In this document: positions 8,474 to 17,337 of the stretch, piece after piece | Numbering within the stretch: the first letter of the stretch is position 1 | How the letters are laid out: each line of letters starts with the position of its first letter | From: Bacillota bacterium | GTDB taxonomy: Bacteria > Bacillota > Clostridia > Saccharofermentanales > DTU023 | Direction: 5' to 3' | Assembly (NCBI GenBank): GCA_035654855.1 | Contig: DASRVY010000012.1 | Span: 1-61,661, forward strand | Length of the DNA stretch: 61,661 bases | Notes under the pieces: model-generated | Database searches by the model: none | Told to the model about the DNA's origin: nothing | Seen by the model: the letters and a program-made list of their open reading frames with translations, nothing else | Translations under genes and position numbers: made by a program

Positions 8474-9724
8474 ATGATTAACAAAAACAGATCACTTACG
8501 ACAATTCTGCTGGGAATCATCAGTTTGCTCCTTTGTCTGGTCCTAGTCTGGGGATACAGAGCTCCCTTAATTGCGTCTTCCGACAAAACCTCTAAACAGC
8601 TGGAAGAAGCGCGCAAAAAAGCGGAAAGTCTGAAGAAGGAACTTAGTTTGGCCCAGGCAGAACTGGATGAATTACAAAGCGCAGCCAAAGAAAAATCTGA
8701 CAATCTGGCCTGGCTGGAAGAGCGCACGCAGGAACAGCGGGAAGCTTACGAGGATGCGTTGAACAGAAAAAACAACGCATTGTTGGTGATGGAGCAGACC
8801 AGCAGCGATTATGAAGAGGCTGTGCAAGAATTTGAGGATCAAAAAGAGGCCTATGGTGAGCGCCTTGCTCTGATGTATCAACTGCCGCAAGTATCTATCT
8901 TTGAAGCATTGTTGTCATCAGGAGATTTGCAGTCGTACTTTTCAACTAACAGATTAATTCGCATAATCAGTGACACCGATGAATTAATGCTGACCAGGCT
9001 GCAGGAAGCAGAAGCCTATGCCGAAGAGACGAAATCGCAGGCAGAAGCTAGTTATGAGGATATGCAAAAGCTTGTTGAGGAAGCTGATGAACTTCTGGCC
9101 GATATTAAGGCTAATATAAACATCTCAAAGGAAGAGCTTAGGAAAGCGGCGTCTGCTGTTACCGAGGCTGAAGAAGAATCATTATCGTGGGCGGCTGAAA
9201 TGAAAAAGGCTGAAGAAGAGATAGCCGCCTTGCAGGAAAAATATAAAAAGGAGCTCGCGGCTGAAGAAGCAGCTAAAAAGGAAGCGGCAAAAGCTGCCAA
9301 GAAAAAATCTGAATCCGGTACAACATCGGTCAGCAAATCCGGCTGGACCTGGCCGGTTCCTTCCAGCAGCAGGATATCTTCTAACTATGGTTACAGATAC
9401 ATTTTTGGCGCTAGACAATTTCATGCCGGTATCGATATTCCCGCGGCAATGGGAAATAAAATTGTCGCAGCCAAATCCGGAGTAGTGCTTAAGTGTTCCA
9501 GCAGTAAAAATGAAGGCAATTATGTGACCATTGATCATGGCGGCGGCATTATCAGTAAGTACAAGCATATGAGTAAATATGGCTGCAAGGCCGGTCAAAG
9601 AGTCAGTGCCGGTCAGGTTATTGGCTATATCGGTTCGACCGGAAGATCGACCGGCCCTCACCTGCATTTTGAAATTATTATTAATGGCAAAACTGTCAAT
9701 CCGCTTAAGTATGTAAGCCGTTAA
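8474..9724 (+). CDS. Coiled-coil M23 (LytM-type) peptidoglycan endopeptidase, probable FtsEX partner
   Basis: N-terminal TM, about 270 aa of coiled-coil-like E/K/A-rich sequence, then a C-terminal M23 domain. Metal ligands are intact: HAGID (HxxxD) and GPHLHFE (HxH). Confidence 0.85.
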   Translation: MINKNRSLTTILLGIISLLLCLVLVWGYRAPLIASSDKTSKQLEEARKKAESLKKELSLAQAELDELQSAAKEKSDNLAWLEERTQEQREAYEDALNRKNNALLVMEQTSSDYEEAVQEFEDQKEAYGERLALMYQLPQVSIFEALLSSGDLQSYFSTNRLIRIISDTDELMLTRLQEAEAYAEETKSQAEASYEDMQKLVEEADELLADIKANINISKEELRKAASAVTEAEEESLSWAAEMKKAEEEIAALQEKYKKELAAEEAAKKEAAKAAKKKSESGTTSVSKSGWTWPVPSSSRISSNYGYRYIFGARQFHAGIDIPAAMGNKIVAAKSGVVLKCSSSKNEGNYVTIDHGGGIISKYKHMSKYGCKAGQRVSAGQVIGYIGSTGRSTGPHLHFEIIINGKTVNPLKYVSR

Positions 9725-9785
9725 ATAAAAGGCCTTTAGCCAGCTCGAGTAATTTGTCAAATGACGATATCTAGGAGAATTGAAT

Positions 9786-11276
9786 ATGAATCAAGAAACA
9801 GGGCCTAATCCTACACAAGAGGATCCGGGACGGCCTCAGCAACAGTATCCCAATAATTATTATCCCCCGTACTATTACGGACCGCCGCCTAAACCGCCGG
9901 TTACGGAATCAAAGTGTTTCTGGAAAATTGTTCTGGCGGTTTTCCTTACTGCCGTGATATCTATTGCCCTCACTTTAGGCGGGTCTTATGTGTTTTTCAG
10001 CACTCGTCAAGCCCTTGCCGATATCAACCGGACTGAACAGAGCGTGGGCATTGGACTGGAAACAAAAGAAGCCGAGCCGACAACGACCTCTGCAGTTGAG
10101 ACAGATGCGACAGCCGAGACTCAGGCGCCTTCATCAAATTCAATTGACACTGCTTCGGGACTTATTTTTGAGCGCACGCCTGAGAATACCGAGGCGCTGG
10201 ATAAACTGTCCGAGATTTGGAATTTGTTGAAAGACAATTTTTACCTTGAGTACTCTGACGCCGAGTTGATCAATATGATGAGCGAAGGTCTGGTCATGAA
10301 TATGGGCAGCCGCTATACCTTTTATCTGTCGCCTGAAGAGCGTGAGTTGGACAAGGAAGGCATGTCCGGCGAGTATAGCGGCATTGGCGCCGTTGTGCAG
10401 ATGAACGAGGACGAAACATATGTCATTACCCGCATTATCGATGACTCACCGGCTATGGAGGCGGGTTTGCAGGCAGGTGATGTTTTTGTCGCAGTAGATG
10501 ACAGGCAGGCCAGAGATTTTAAGAGTGTGGATTCTTTAGCTAGCGCTGTACGGGGGGAAGAAGGCACCAAGATCAAGATTGAGATTTACCGTCCTGCATC
10601 AGATGAGAATATAGTTTTGGAAGTCGAGAGACGACAGATAACTACTGCGAACGTGTCGTACAAAATGCTGGATGACAATGTCGGTTATATTTGTGTGACT
10701 GAGTTTACAGGCCATGTGGCTGAGAATTTTAAGAGTGCGATAATTGATTTGCTGGACCGTGGAATGACCGGGCTGGTAATTGACCTCAGAGATAATGGCG
10801 GCGGCTTGGCGGATGAATGTATCCAGATGTTGGATTTGCTGCTCGATGCTGAAACAGTTTCGGTGATTCGGGGCAGAATCGGAGGCGAGCCGATACAGGA
10901 GGACTGGACGACTGAAGATGGTGTCTTGGTGCCCCACGACATGCCTGTTTCTCTAATTCTCAACCAGTACTCTGCCAGTGCCAGTGAGTTGTTCGCGGGC
11001 GCGCTGCAGGACCTGTCCAGAGTTGAGATTGTCGGGGTGCAGTCGTTTGGTAAGGGCGTTGGCACGCGCACATGGGAACTGTCTGACGGTTCAGCTCTCC
11101 AGATTACGAATTTTGAGTACTTTTTGCCGGAGGGTGAGAATATTGAAGATAAAGGTATTACGCCGGATTATGAGGTTGAGCTGCCGGAGGATATTGCCAC
11201 CAAGCAGATTAGTCAACTGACCCGCGAAGAAGATACACAGCTTGCGAAGGCGATTGACTTGGTAAAACTTGATTAA
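9786..11276 (+). CDS. S41-family C-terminal processing peptidase (PDZ-containing)
   Basis: PDZ region (...ITRIIDDSPAMEAGLQAGDVFVAVDD...) and S41 core (...LVIDLRDNGGG..., ...NQYSASASELFAGAL..., ...FGKGVG...). ATG at 9786 follows AGGAGA; the track starts at the TTG at 9780. Confidence 0.85.
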   Translation: MNQETGPNPTQEDPGRPQQQYPNNYYPPYYYGPPPKPPVTESKCFWKIVLAVFLTAVISIALTLGGSYVFFSTRQALADINRTEQSVGIGLETKEAEPTTTSAVETDATAETQAPSSNSIDTASGLIFERTPENTEALDKLSEIWNLLKDNFYLEYSDAELINMMSEGLVMNMGSRYTFYLSPEERELDKEGMSGEYSGIGAVVQMNEDETYVITRIIDDSPAMEAGLQAGDVFVAVDDRQARDFKSVDSLASAVRGEEGTKIKIEIYRPASDENIVLEVERRQITTANVSYKMLDDNVGYICVTEFTGHVAENFKSAIIDLLDRGMTGLVIDLRDNGGGLADECIQMLDLLLDAETVSVIRGRIGGEPIQEDWTTEDGVLVPHDMPVSLILNQYSASASELFAGALQDLSRVEIVGVQSFGKGVGTRTWELSDGSALQITNFEYFLPEGENIEDKGITPDYEVELPEDIATKQISQLTREEDTQLAKAIDLVKLD

Positions 11277-11341
11277 TTGCCGGACAGCGCACGGCTTTAT
11301 TTGTGGTACAATAGCAAAGCGTGAAAAGACCTGCCCAAGGA

Positions 11342-11417
11342 GGGCGATTAGCTCAGTTGGGAGAGCGCTGCGTTCGCAACGCAGAGGTCGTGAGTTCGAA
11401 TCTCATATCGTCCACCA
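11342..11417 (+). tRNA. tRNA-Ala (anticodon CGC), CCA encoded
   Basis: GGGCGAT acceptor with the G3:U70 Ala identity pair. Anticodon stem CTGCG/CGCAG with loop TTCGCAA, T-loop GGTCGTGAGTTCGAATCTCAT, then ACCA. Confidence 0.9.
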
Positions 11418-11424
11418 GCAAAAA

Positions 11425-11460
11425 CCCCTGGCGCTAAATAGCGACAGGGGTTTTGTATTT
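11425..11460 (+). terminator. Intrinsic terminator after tRNA-Ala
   Basis: Stem CCCCTGGCGC...GCGACAGGGG followed by TTTTGTATTT. Confidence 0.8.
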
Positions 11461-11692
11461 CCCAATAGTCTTGTATTAAACTTTGTTTTTGTAAAAGATA
11501 ATCCCAAACTTGGCTGCTTCCCCTCAGACCATCTTTTCATTATCTGCTAGCTTCAAGTCGTATACCCCTAATGTGTCCAAACTTGTCGGTTTTTTAATTT
11601 TGGATTACTGTTTTCGCCCTCCTTGTTATTGACGACGGTTTAGAGGGTGAATGATACAAATTGTTGAATATTTATCCCTTAAGTCTCAGAAA

Positions 11693-11713
11693 TACTACCC
11701 GGGGAGGGTAGTA
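11693..11713. promoter_or_regulatory. 8-5-8 perfect inverted repeat TACTACCC-GGGGA-GGGTAGTA upstream of the signalling locus
   Basis: Lies about 70 bp upstream of the ATG at 11783 and just upstream of a TATAAT at about 11728-11733, so it overlaps the expected -35 position. A related box is at 16766-16786. Confidence 0.4.
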
Positions 11714-11782
11714 CAGAAGAGACTGAAATATAATAAAATTACTTTATGATGTATTATCCGTTTAGTCAATTTTGAGGTTTGC

Positions 11783-12166
11783 ATGAAAAAAATTGGTTTT
11801 ATTACAACAAATAAAGTGCTGGCTCAAAGCCTCGCCGAATCTCTCAAGAACTATCCTGACTTGAAATTAGAGCCTTTCTTATTGCTGAATCCTCAACAGG
11901 CAATCCTCGATGCAGATCTGGCAAAACTGGATATCGCTCTTCTGGATATTACAGATGCGAGCGCGATGGAAAATGAAAAACACTTAATGTTTTGCCAAAA
12001 GCTGCGGCAGGCGATTCCTGATTGTCACTTGTTACTCCTGGTGTCTCAGGATAATATTAGGGGGAGAAAAGCGGCGATCGATGCCATAAAAAGCAAAATA
12101 GCCGACGATTTCATTTTTTACGACACGTCGCTAAATTACCTTTTTGCTAAACTGGCAGCTATTTGA
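11783..12166 (+). CDS. Stand-alone receiver-like (pseudo-receiver) protein, paralog 1
   Basis: 127 aa with an alternating beta/alpha pattern like CheY. It lacks the N-terminal acidic pair (KIGFITTN) and the conserved Lys (..FIFYDTS..). It is a paralog of 17338..17727 and shares the C-terminal motif DDFIFYDTSLNYLFAKL. Confidence 0.6.
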   Translation: MKKIGFITTNKVLAQSLAESLKNYPDLKLEPFLLLNPQQAILDADLAKLDIALLDITDASAMENEKHLMFCQKLRQAIPDCHLLLLVSQDNIRGRKAAIDAIKSKIADDFIFYDTSLNYLFAKLAAI

Positions 12167-12185
12167 CTCAGAAAAAGCTACATAA

Positions 12186-14657
12186 ATGAGGAGGAATATT
12201 TGCTTGAGAGAGAGAGCAAATAAATTTGTGCACCTTATAGCAGTGTGTGCAATAATTGCGATGCTGTTCTTTACTATGGCTTCTTGCAGTCATAGCAGTT
12301 TCCCGGATAAGATTATCTGCACTCGAGATGAGACCTCCTCCTATTCAGACGTCATCGCCGATATACTTCCGGATTATACTTTGATTAGAGATAAAGCTGA
12401 TGACGCTATGTTCTCGTATTTGAACAAAGGATATGAGACTGACACCTTCGATGTGCTGGCAGTCGGCGCGCTGGCAAACGGTGTCGCCAGCCAATGGTAT
12501 CCGCAGTATCTGGCTACCCCTGTCATAGCAATCGATCGCGAGCTTACAGATGTGAAAATTGACAGCTGGATGGATCTGTTGGCTGTTAAGGAAAATGTCG
12601 CTCTTTCTGAAGAGCAGCCGTATCAACAACTGATAATATCAGCTATTTCTTATGGCCTGGAAGGCGAAAATTTCAGTCTTGACAGCGCTATGGATTTGCT
12701 AAGATCACTCAGACAAAGTAGGCGTTTAACTTTAAACACGGTAACTGAGCCCATTGTCATCTGCTTTGACTATCAGGCGGCTGCGCTGATAAAAAGTGGA
12801 CGCATGCTGGAAATCGTTGTACCCCGGGAGGGCAGTTTAACTTTTGAGAAGGGTATTCTCTCAAACAAGGAGCTCAATTTTAGCGGAAATGAAAAAACAT
12901 CGCTGCTGGCTGCCGGTTTCCGTCTGCCGGACGGAAGCTGTGATCCCAATTTTTACCCCGGTGCAGATTATGAAAATACTTTTGAACTGGAAGATTACAG
13001 CCATCTTAGCAGTGTGAGTCAGGATATTGTGAGGGCTTTTCGACGCAGCGTTTTGTGGACACGCTTATACAGCTCTGCAGATAATCGTGAGCATCAATTG
13101 TTCCCCTTAATCTATATAGTGATTGTAGTTGTATGGCTGACATACATTGTAAGTCGCACCTTGCAAAATCAGGTGAAGACTATATTGCGCTTAATAGGGA
13201 TCGTTTTATTGGGCTGGATTATTGTCCGGCTGATAAAGTATCAACTGCCCTCGAGTTTATTAAATCGCTATCTCTGGTATGGTTTCTACATCTTCCAGCT
13301 AACCTTGCCCGTGTTACTGCTCTGGCTAGTCTGGCGGAGCGACAAGATGGCAGACCAGCCGATGTTTGTTAAGGGTCTGCAGGCCTTAGCACTCTTCAAC
13401 GGGATCCTAATCGTCTTCGTATTTACAAACGATCTGCATAATCTGGTTTTTCAACTAGACCTGAAAAACTCTGCCAACGCAGCTGATTATTCTTATGGCC
13501 CCGTTTTTTATCTAATCACAATAGTTTGGATTACAGAGCTGGCTATGGCGCTCATCACGCTTCTGGTCAAGAGCAATCAGTTACCGCGCAAGACTGCTTT
13601 AATTTTTCCGTTGATTTTTTGTCTGGTTTTGCTTGTCTATGCCATAGGTTATATTGCGCGTATTCCAATTTTTTGGTTCAGTGACTACACAATTGTCGTC
13701 GGCCTTTTAAGCCTCTTTTTTCTTGAAGCCAGCCTGCAAACGGGACTGGTTCAGGGTAATAGCAAATATTCCGATCTTTTTGTACACTCGCCTCTGAATA
13801 TGCAAATCATCAATAGAGAGGGGCAGCCGGTTCTGGCGTCCGCCAATGCTCCGAAATTCGATCTTGAATTGCAGCAGGCGGCTTTGGCGGCTTATCCCTC
13901 GGCAATACAAACAAAAGAGGACACGTTGTTGTTTTCCACCGAGATCAGAGGAGGCTATGCCCAGTGGCAGGAAGATATCAGCAGCTTAAATTATTTGCAT
14001 CGACAAATAGAAGAATCAGTGAAAAAACTTAAGCTGACTAACACTGTTTTAGAGAGAGAGGAAAAAATCCGCAGGGAACTGGACGAAGAGGATGTTCAGG
14101 TTCAACTTATGACTCAGCTCGAAGAACTCATAGCGGCGGATCTCTGGCGGCTGTCTTCGATGATAGAAGGGCTGGACAGTACAAGAGAAGAACCGGGAGA
14201 AAATGGCCGCATCGCCCTTCTGCTTTGTTATATTAAACGGCGCAGCAATCTTTTTTTCAGGAGGCAGGAATCAGAAGCTTTAGCAGCGGATGAACTGATA
14301 GTCTATATCGATGAATTGGCTGAAATTGCAAAGTACGCCGGTGTAAAAATTCTGGTCAACAGTGAGCTTAAAGATACTGTCCCTGTACGGCAGGCCTGTC
14401 TATTCTACGAATTATCCTACAAAGTAATTGACTGGGCAGCAAAAAATAAAAATCCACATATCATATTGCAGCTGCTCAGGGTAAAAGAACAGATCACGCT
14501 GCGACTCTTGTCATCGGAGGATCTTGGTTCATATGAACCGGAAGAAGAATTGAGATGTGCAATCGCTTTGGCTGATGGGGCTTACACTAATAAGGATCTG
14601 GATGGCGCGGTCGGCATTAGCCTCACTTTTTGGCAGAGAGGTAATCAGAATGTCTGA
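12186..14657 (+). CDS. Lipoprotein-anchored sensor-like membrane protein: extracytoplasmic domain, 7 TM segments and a degenerate HisKA_3/HATPase-like C-terminus
   Basis: Lipobox-like FTMASC after a hydrophobic N-terminus, about 290 aa of soluble region, then seven hydrophobic segments counted by eye. The C-terminal coiled coil aligns with the neighbouring kinase H-box (EREEKIRRELDEEDVQVQL vs EREMQKAKMRAHDVLGQRL) but has no His there, and I see no N/G boxes. The in-frame TTG at 12204 after AGGAGG is an alternative start. Confidence 0.6.
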   Translation: MRRNICLRERANKFVHLIAVCAIIAMLFFTMASCSHSSFPDKIICTRDETSSYSDVIADILPDYTLIRDKADDAMFSYLNKGYETDTFDVLAVGALANGVASQWYPQYLATPVIAIDRELTDVKIDSWMDLLAVKENVALSEEQPYQQLIISAISYGLEGENFSLDSAMDLLRSLRQSRRLTLNTVTEPIVICFDYQAAALIKSGRMLEIVVPREGSLTFEKGILSNKELNFSGNEKTSLLAAGFRLPDGSCDPNFYPGADYENTFELEDYSHLSSVSQDIVRAFRRSVLWTRLYSSADNREHQLFPLIYIVIVVVWLTYIVSRTLQNQVKTILRLIGIVLLGWIIVRLIKYQLPSSLLNRYLWYGFYIFQLTLPVLLLWLVWRSDKMADQPMFVKGLQALALFNGILIVFVFTNDLHNLVFQLDLKNSANAADYSYGPVFYLITIVWITELAMALITLLVKSNQLPRKTALIFPLIFCLVLLVYAIGYIARIPIFWFSDYTIVVGLLSLFFLEASLQTGLVQGNSKYSDLFVHSPLNMQIINREGQPVLASANAPKFDLELQQAALAAYPSAIQTKEDTLLFSTEIRGGYAQWQEDISSLNYLHRQIEESVKKLKLTNTVLEREEKIRRELDEEDVQVQLMTQLEELIAADLWRLSSMIEGLDSTREEPGENGRIALLLCYIKRRSNLFFRRQESEALAADELIVYIDELAEIAKYAGVKILVNSELKDTVPVRQACLFYELSYKVIDWAAKNKNPHIILQLLRVKEQITLRLLSSEDLGSYEPEEELRCAIALADGAYTNKDLDGAVGISLTFWQRGNQNV

Positions 14658-16086
14658 TTTTTATAGCTGGCCAAACTCAGTACGACAGATACTCACCGGG
14701 GTAATCGCGCTGGGTGTACTAAGTCAGACAATGCTAATAATTCTCAGTTATCGCAGATATCCACGCAACTTTAAGCGTGCGCTTGAAAGTCTTTTGGAAG
14801 TTCTCATGCTCTTAGGCTTAATTGTTTATTCCCTCATGCATGGGCAGGCAATTCATTCTTACTTCACCGGAATAATCGTTCCTCCGGGATATGAGGTGTT
14901 ACGCACAACAGCTTTTGCACTTATTGCGCTGACAGCGGGCGGGGTCGCAGTCTCGACAAAAAAACTCTGCCCATTTCTGTTGACGCTGCCTTTTCTTTTG
15001 CTGCTCCCCCCTATGGAGGGAATACTGGCAGACAGCTTCGCTTACCTCTTTTTCGTGTCAATTGTAATACTTCCGGTCCGCAGTGTTTATCTTTCTGTCT
15101 TGAGGTCAAGAGAGATTAGCAGCAGTATTTCTGCATTATCGATTAAGAATACAGTTGATTCTCTGCATACCGGGGTTCTATTTAGTGAGTTAGACGGTTT
15201 TATTTTGTTAATAAATAAGCAGATGCAACTGCTTATGAAAACTATTTTTGGACAGCTGTATCGCGATGGCAGACAGTTTTATGATCTTTTAGTGTCGGGT
15301 GAAGTCAAATTAGGATGTAAGAGAACCGAATTTGAAGGACAGATTGTCTTCCTTCTACCTGACAAGACAGCTTGGATGTTTACCAGCAGCAAAATTGAAA
15401 TCAAAGGCAAAAGTTACACCCAACTGGCAGCGACTGACATTACGCAGCAATGGATCATGACGGAAAAACTGCAAAGGCAGGAGAAAGAACTTACAATTAA
15501 GTCGAAGATGCTGAGAGAGTCGATCTCTAATCTGCAGATTCTTAGTCGGGAAAGAGAGATGCAAAAAGCAAAAATGCGCGCGCACGATGTTTTAGGTCAA
15601 AGGCTGTCTTTACTGCTGCGAAGTATTCGCAGTGATGAGAGGCTGGACCATGATTTGCTGCGCTCTCTGTCTCAAGGGATCCTTGAAGAGTTAAAAGAGG
15701 AAAAAACCGCACCGACTCCCAAAGATGAACTCGACGATTTGCAGCAGACTTTTAATGCGATCGGGATAAAAATTTCATTTAAGGGGGAGCTGCCTTCAGA
15801 TCCCAAAAAAGGCAGCATTATTACTGATATCATAAAAGAGAGTGTCACGAATGCAGTGCGACACGGTTTTGCCACGGAGATATCAATTGAAATAGGTGAT
15901 GTCGAAAATCGCCATTATTTGCTAATCTCAAATAACGGGGAGCTCCCTTCCCTGCCAATAATTGAGGGAGGAGGAATTGCAGCTATGAGAAAAATGGTGG
16001 AGCCCTATGGCGGGAATGTCGATGTAAGCGTAGATCCGCATTTTGCTCTGACTGTCTATGTCCCGGAGGTGAAGTATGAACTATAA
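14650..16086 (+). CDS. Multi-pass sensor histidine kinase, HisKA_3 (NarX/DesK-like) type
   Basis: H-box MRAHDVLGQRLS, N-box ESVTNAVRHGFA, G-boxes ISNNGELP and GGGIAAMRKMVEPYGG. The ATG at 14650 overlaps the upstream stop (ATGTCTGA) and follows GAGAGG. The track ORF begins earlier, at 14557. Confidence 0.85.
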   Translation: MSDFYSWPNSVRQILTGVIALGVLSQTMLIILSYRRYPRNFKRALESLLEVLMLLGLIVYSLMHGQAIHSYFTGIIVPPGYEVLRTTAFALIALTAGGVAVSTKKLCPFLLTLPFLLLLPPMEGILADSFAYLFFVSIVILPVRSVYLSVLRSREISSSISALSIKNTVDSLHTGVLFSELDGFILLINKQMQLLMKTIFGQLYRDGRQFYDLLVSGEVKLGCKRTEFEGQIVFLLPDKTAWMFTSSKIEIKGKSYTQLAATDITQQWIMTEKLQRQEKELTIKSKMLRESISNLQILSREREMQKAKMRAHDVLGQRLSLLLRSIRSDERLDHDLLRSLSQGILEELKEEKTAPTPKDELDDLQQTFNAIGIKISFKGELPSDPKKGSIITDIIKESVTNAVRHGFATEISIEIGDVENRHYLLISNNGELPSLPIIEGGGIAAMRKMVEPYGGNVDVSVDPHFALTVYVPEVKYEL

Positions 16087-16696
16087 GGTCCTTATAGTTG
16101 ATGATCATGAATCCATGTGTGATTCTCTAAAATTTGCTCTTGAAGAAGCCGGAGGTTTTGAAGTCGTGGGCAGCATCCCCACTGCAGCTTATGCTGATGT
16201 TTACTCTGAGCGGCTGCGTCCTGACCTGGTCTTGATGGACGTCTGTACTGAAGGAGGTGCTTCCGGACTTGATGCTGTCATAGTTTTAAGAGACAAATAC
16301 CCCGATATGAAAATTATTGTCATGTCAGGCTTTGATGAAATAACCTATGCACCCAGAGCTAAAGAAGCCGGAGCTGATGCTTTTATTTTCAAAAGCAAAA
16401 GTCTCGATTACTTTATCGAGATAATCAACGGTGTGATGCAGGGGAAAAATTATTATCCGGAAAAGAAGATTATCCCCATGCCGGCAGGAGAGGCCCCACT
16501 GACTGAAAGGGAAATTGAAGTTTTGCGCCTGATGTGCAGGCATATGACAAGCAAGGAAATAGCGGAGGAGTTGTTTATCAGTGAGAATACTGTGAAATAT
16601 CATAAATCCAATATGCTGGCTAAAACAGGCTTCTCCAAGGCAGTGGAACTGGCATTCTATATGATATCGAACGGCTGGATTAACCCCTTATACTAA
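16076..16696 (+). CDS. NarL/LuxR-family response regulator (REC plus LuxR HTH)
   Basis: Canonical REC residues (LIVDDHE, LVLMDV, IVMSG, FIFKSK) and a GerE/LuxR HTH (LTEREIEVLRLMCRHMTSKEIAEELFISENTVKYHKSNM). It overlaps the kinase stop by 11 nt. Confidence 0.9.
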   Translation: MNYKVLIVDDHESMCDSLKFALEEAGGFEVVGSIPTAAYADVYSERLRPDLVLMDVCTEGGASGLDAVIVLRDKYPDMKIIVMSGFDEITYAPRAKEAGADAFIFKSKSLDYFIEIINGVMQGKNYYPEKKIIPMPAGEAPLTEREIEVLRLMCRHMTSKEIAEELFISENTVKYHKSNMLAKTGFSKAVELAFYMISNGWINPLY

Positions 16697-16765
16697 ACAC
16701 AACTATTTTATTTGAGAGCATCGGGGCAATCTGAGCTGTTCGCGCGCTTCGCTTTTTGGCGCAAA

Positions 16766-16786
16766 ACTATCCGCCGCGGGTAGGGT
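16766..16786. promoter_or_regulatory. Imperfect copy of the 11693 inverted-repeat box (ACTATCCG-N4-GGGTAGGGT)
   Basis: Aligned by eye to ACTACCCGGGGAGGGTAGTAC at the same 21-bp register, with 14 of 21 identities. It lies about 70 bp upstream of the lipoprotein gene at 16856. Confidence 0.3.
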
Positions 16787-16855
16787 GTAAGAAAATTGTT
16801 GATGCTAGTATGTAGCAGGTGGTCAAATTTATAATTTTTCGGAAGGAGTGATTAT

Positions 16856-17221
16856 ATGATAAAAAGAAAAATTTCAGTAGTTGCGATTTCTCTAATTTTG
16901 CTTTCAGCATTGCTGCTTTCTGCCTGTGGCGGCGGCGGCGGAGACAAATCCAGCGCAGACAAACTTAAAGGGACATGGGAAGGAACAAGAGACTCAATAG
17001 GTATCACCTTTAAATTCGACGGAAAAGGAGCCTGTGATACTGAGGACGAGTACGGCATCAAAGATACCGGAACTTATGAAATTATCGATGACAGCACCGT
17101 CAAAATTAAGATGTCCTATTGGGATCAAGAGATTGTCTATAACTACAAAATTGTCGGAGACAATATGGAGATGGATTCAGATGAACCACTTCGCCCTTCT
17201 TATGATCTGACAAAGAAATAA
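16856..17221 (+). CDS. Small lipoprotein, lipocalin-like (KGTWEG...) domain
   Basis: Signal peptide with lipobox LLLSAC, a GGGGG linker, then a beta-rich domain of about 85 aa. GGAAGGAG Shine-Dalgarno upstream. Confidence 0.7.
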   Translation: MIKRKISVVAISLILLSALLLSACGGGGGDKSSADKLKGTWEGTRDSIGITFKFDGKGACDTEDEYGIKDTGTYEIIDDSTVKIKMSYWDQEIVYNYKIVGDNMEMDSDEPLRPSYDLTKK

Positions 17222-17234
17222 TTGCTTGTCCTGA

Positions 17235-17274
17235 AGCGGGAAGGAGCAGGATAGCCCTTCCCGCTATGTTTTTT
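17235..17274 (+). terminator. Intrinsic terminator after the lipoprotein gene
   Basis: Stem AGCGGGAAGG...CCCTTCCCGCT followed by ATGTTTTTT. Confidence 0.75.
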
Positions 17275-17337
17275 CCGTAATTCCTTACAAAAACAGCAGA
17301 TTAACTTGAGCAAAATTGATAGGAAACTTGATATGCC

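Noticed and set aside
14557-14649. Upstream 31-codon extension of the histidine kinase ORF as given in the track.
   Set aside because: It overlaps the end of the preceding gene by about 100 nt. The ATG at 14650 has an SD, gives an ATGTCTGA start/stop overlap and yields a sensible N-terminus.
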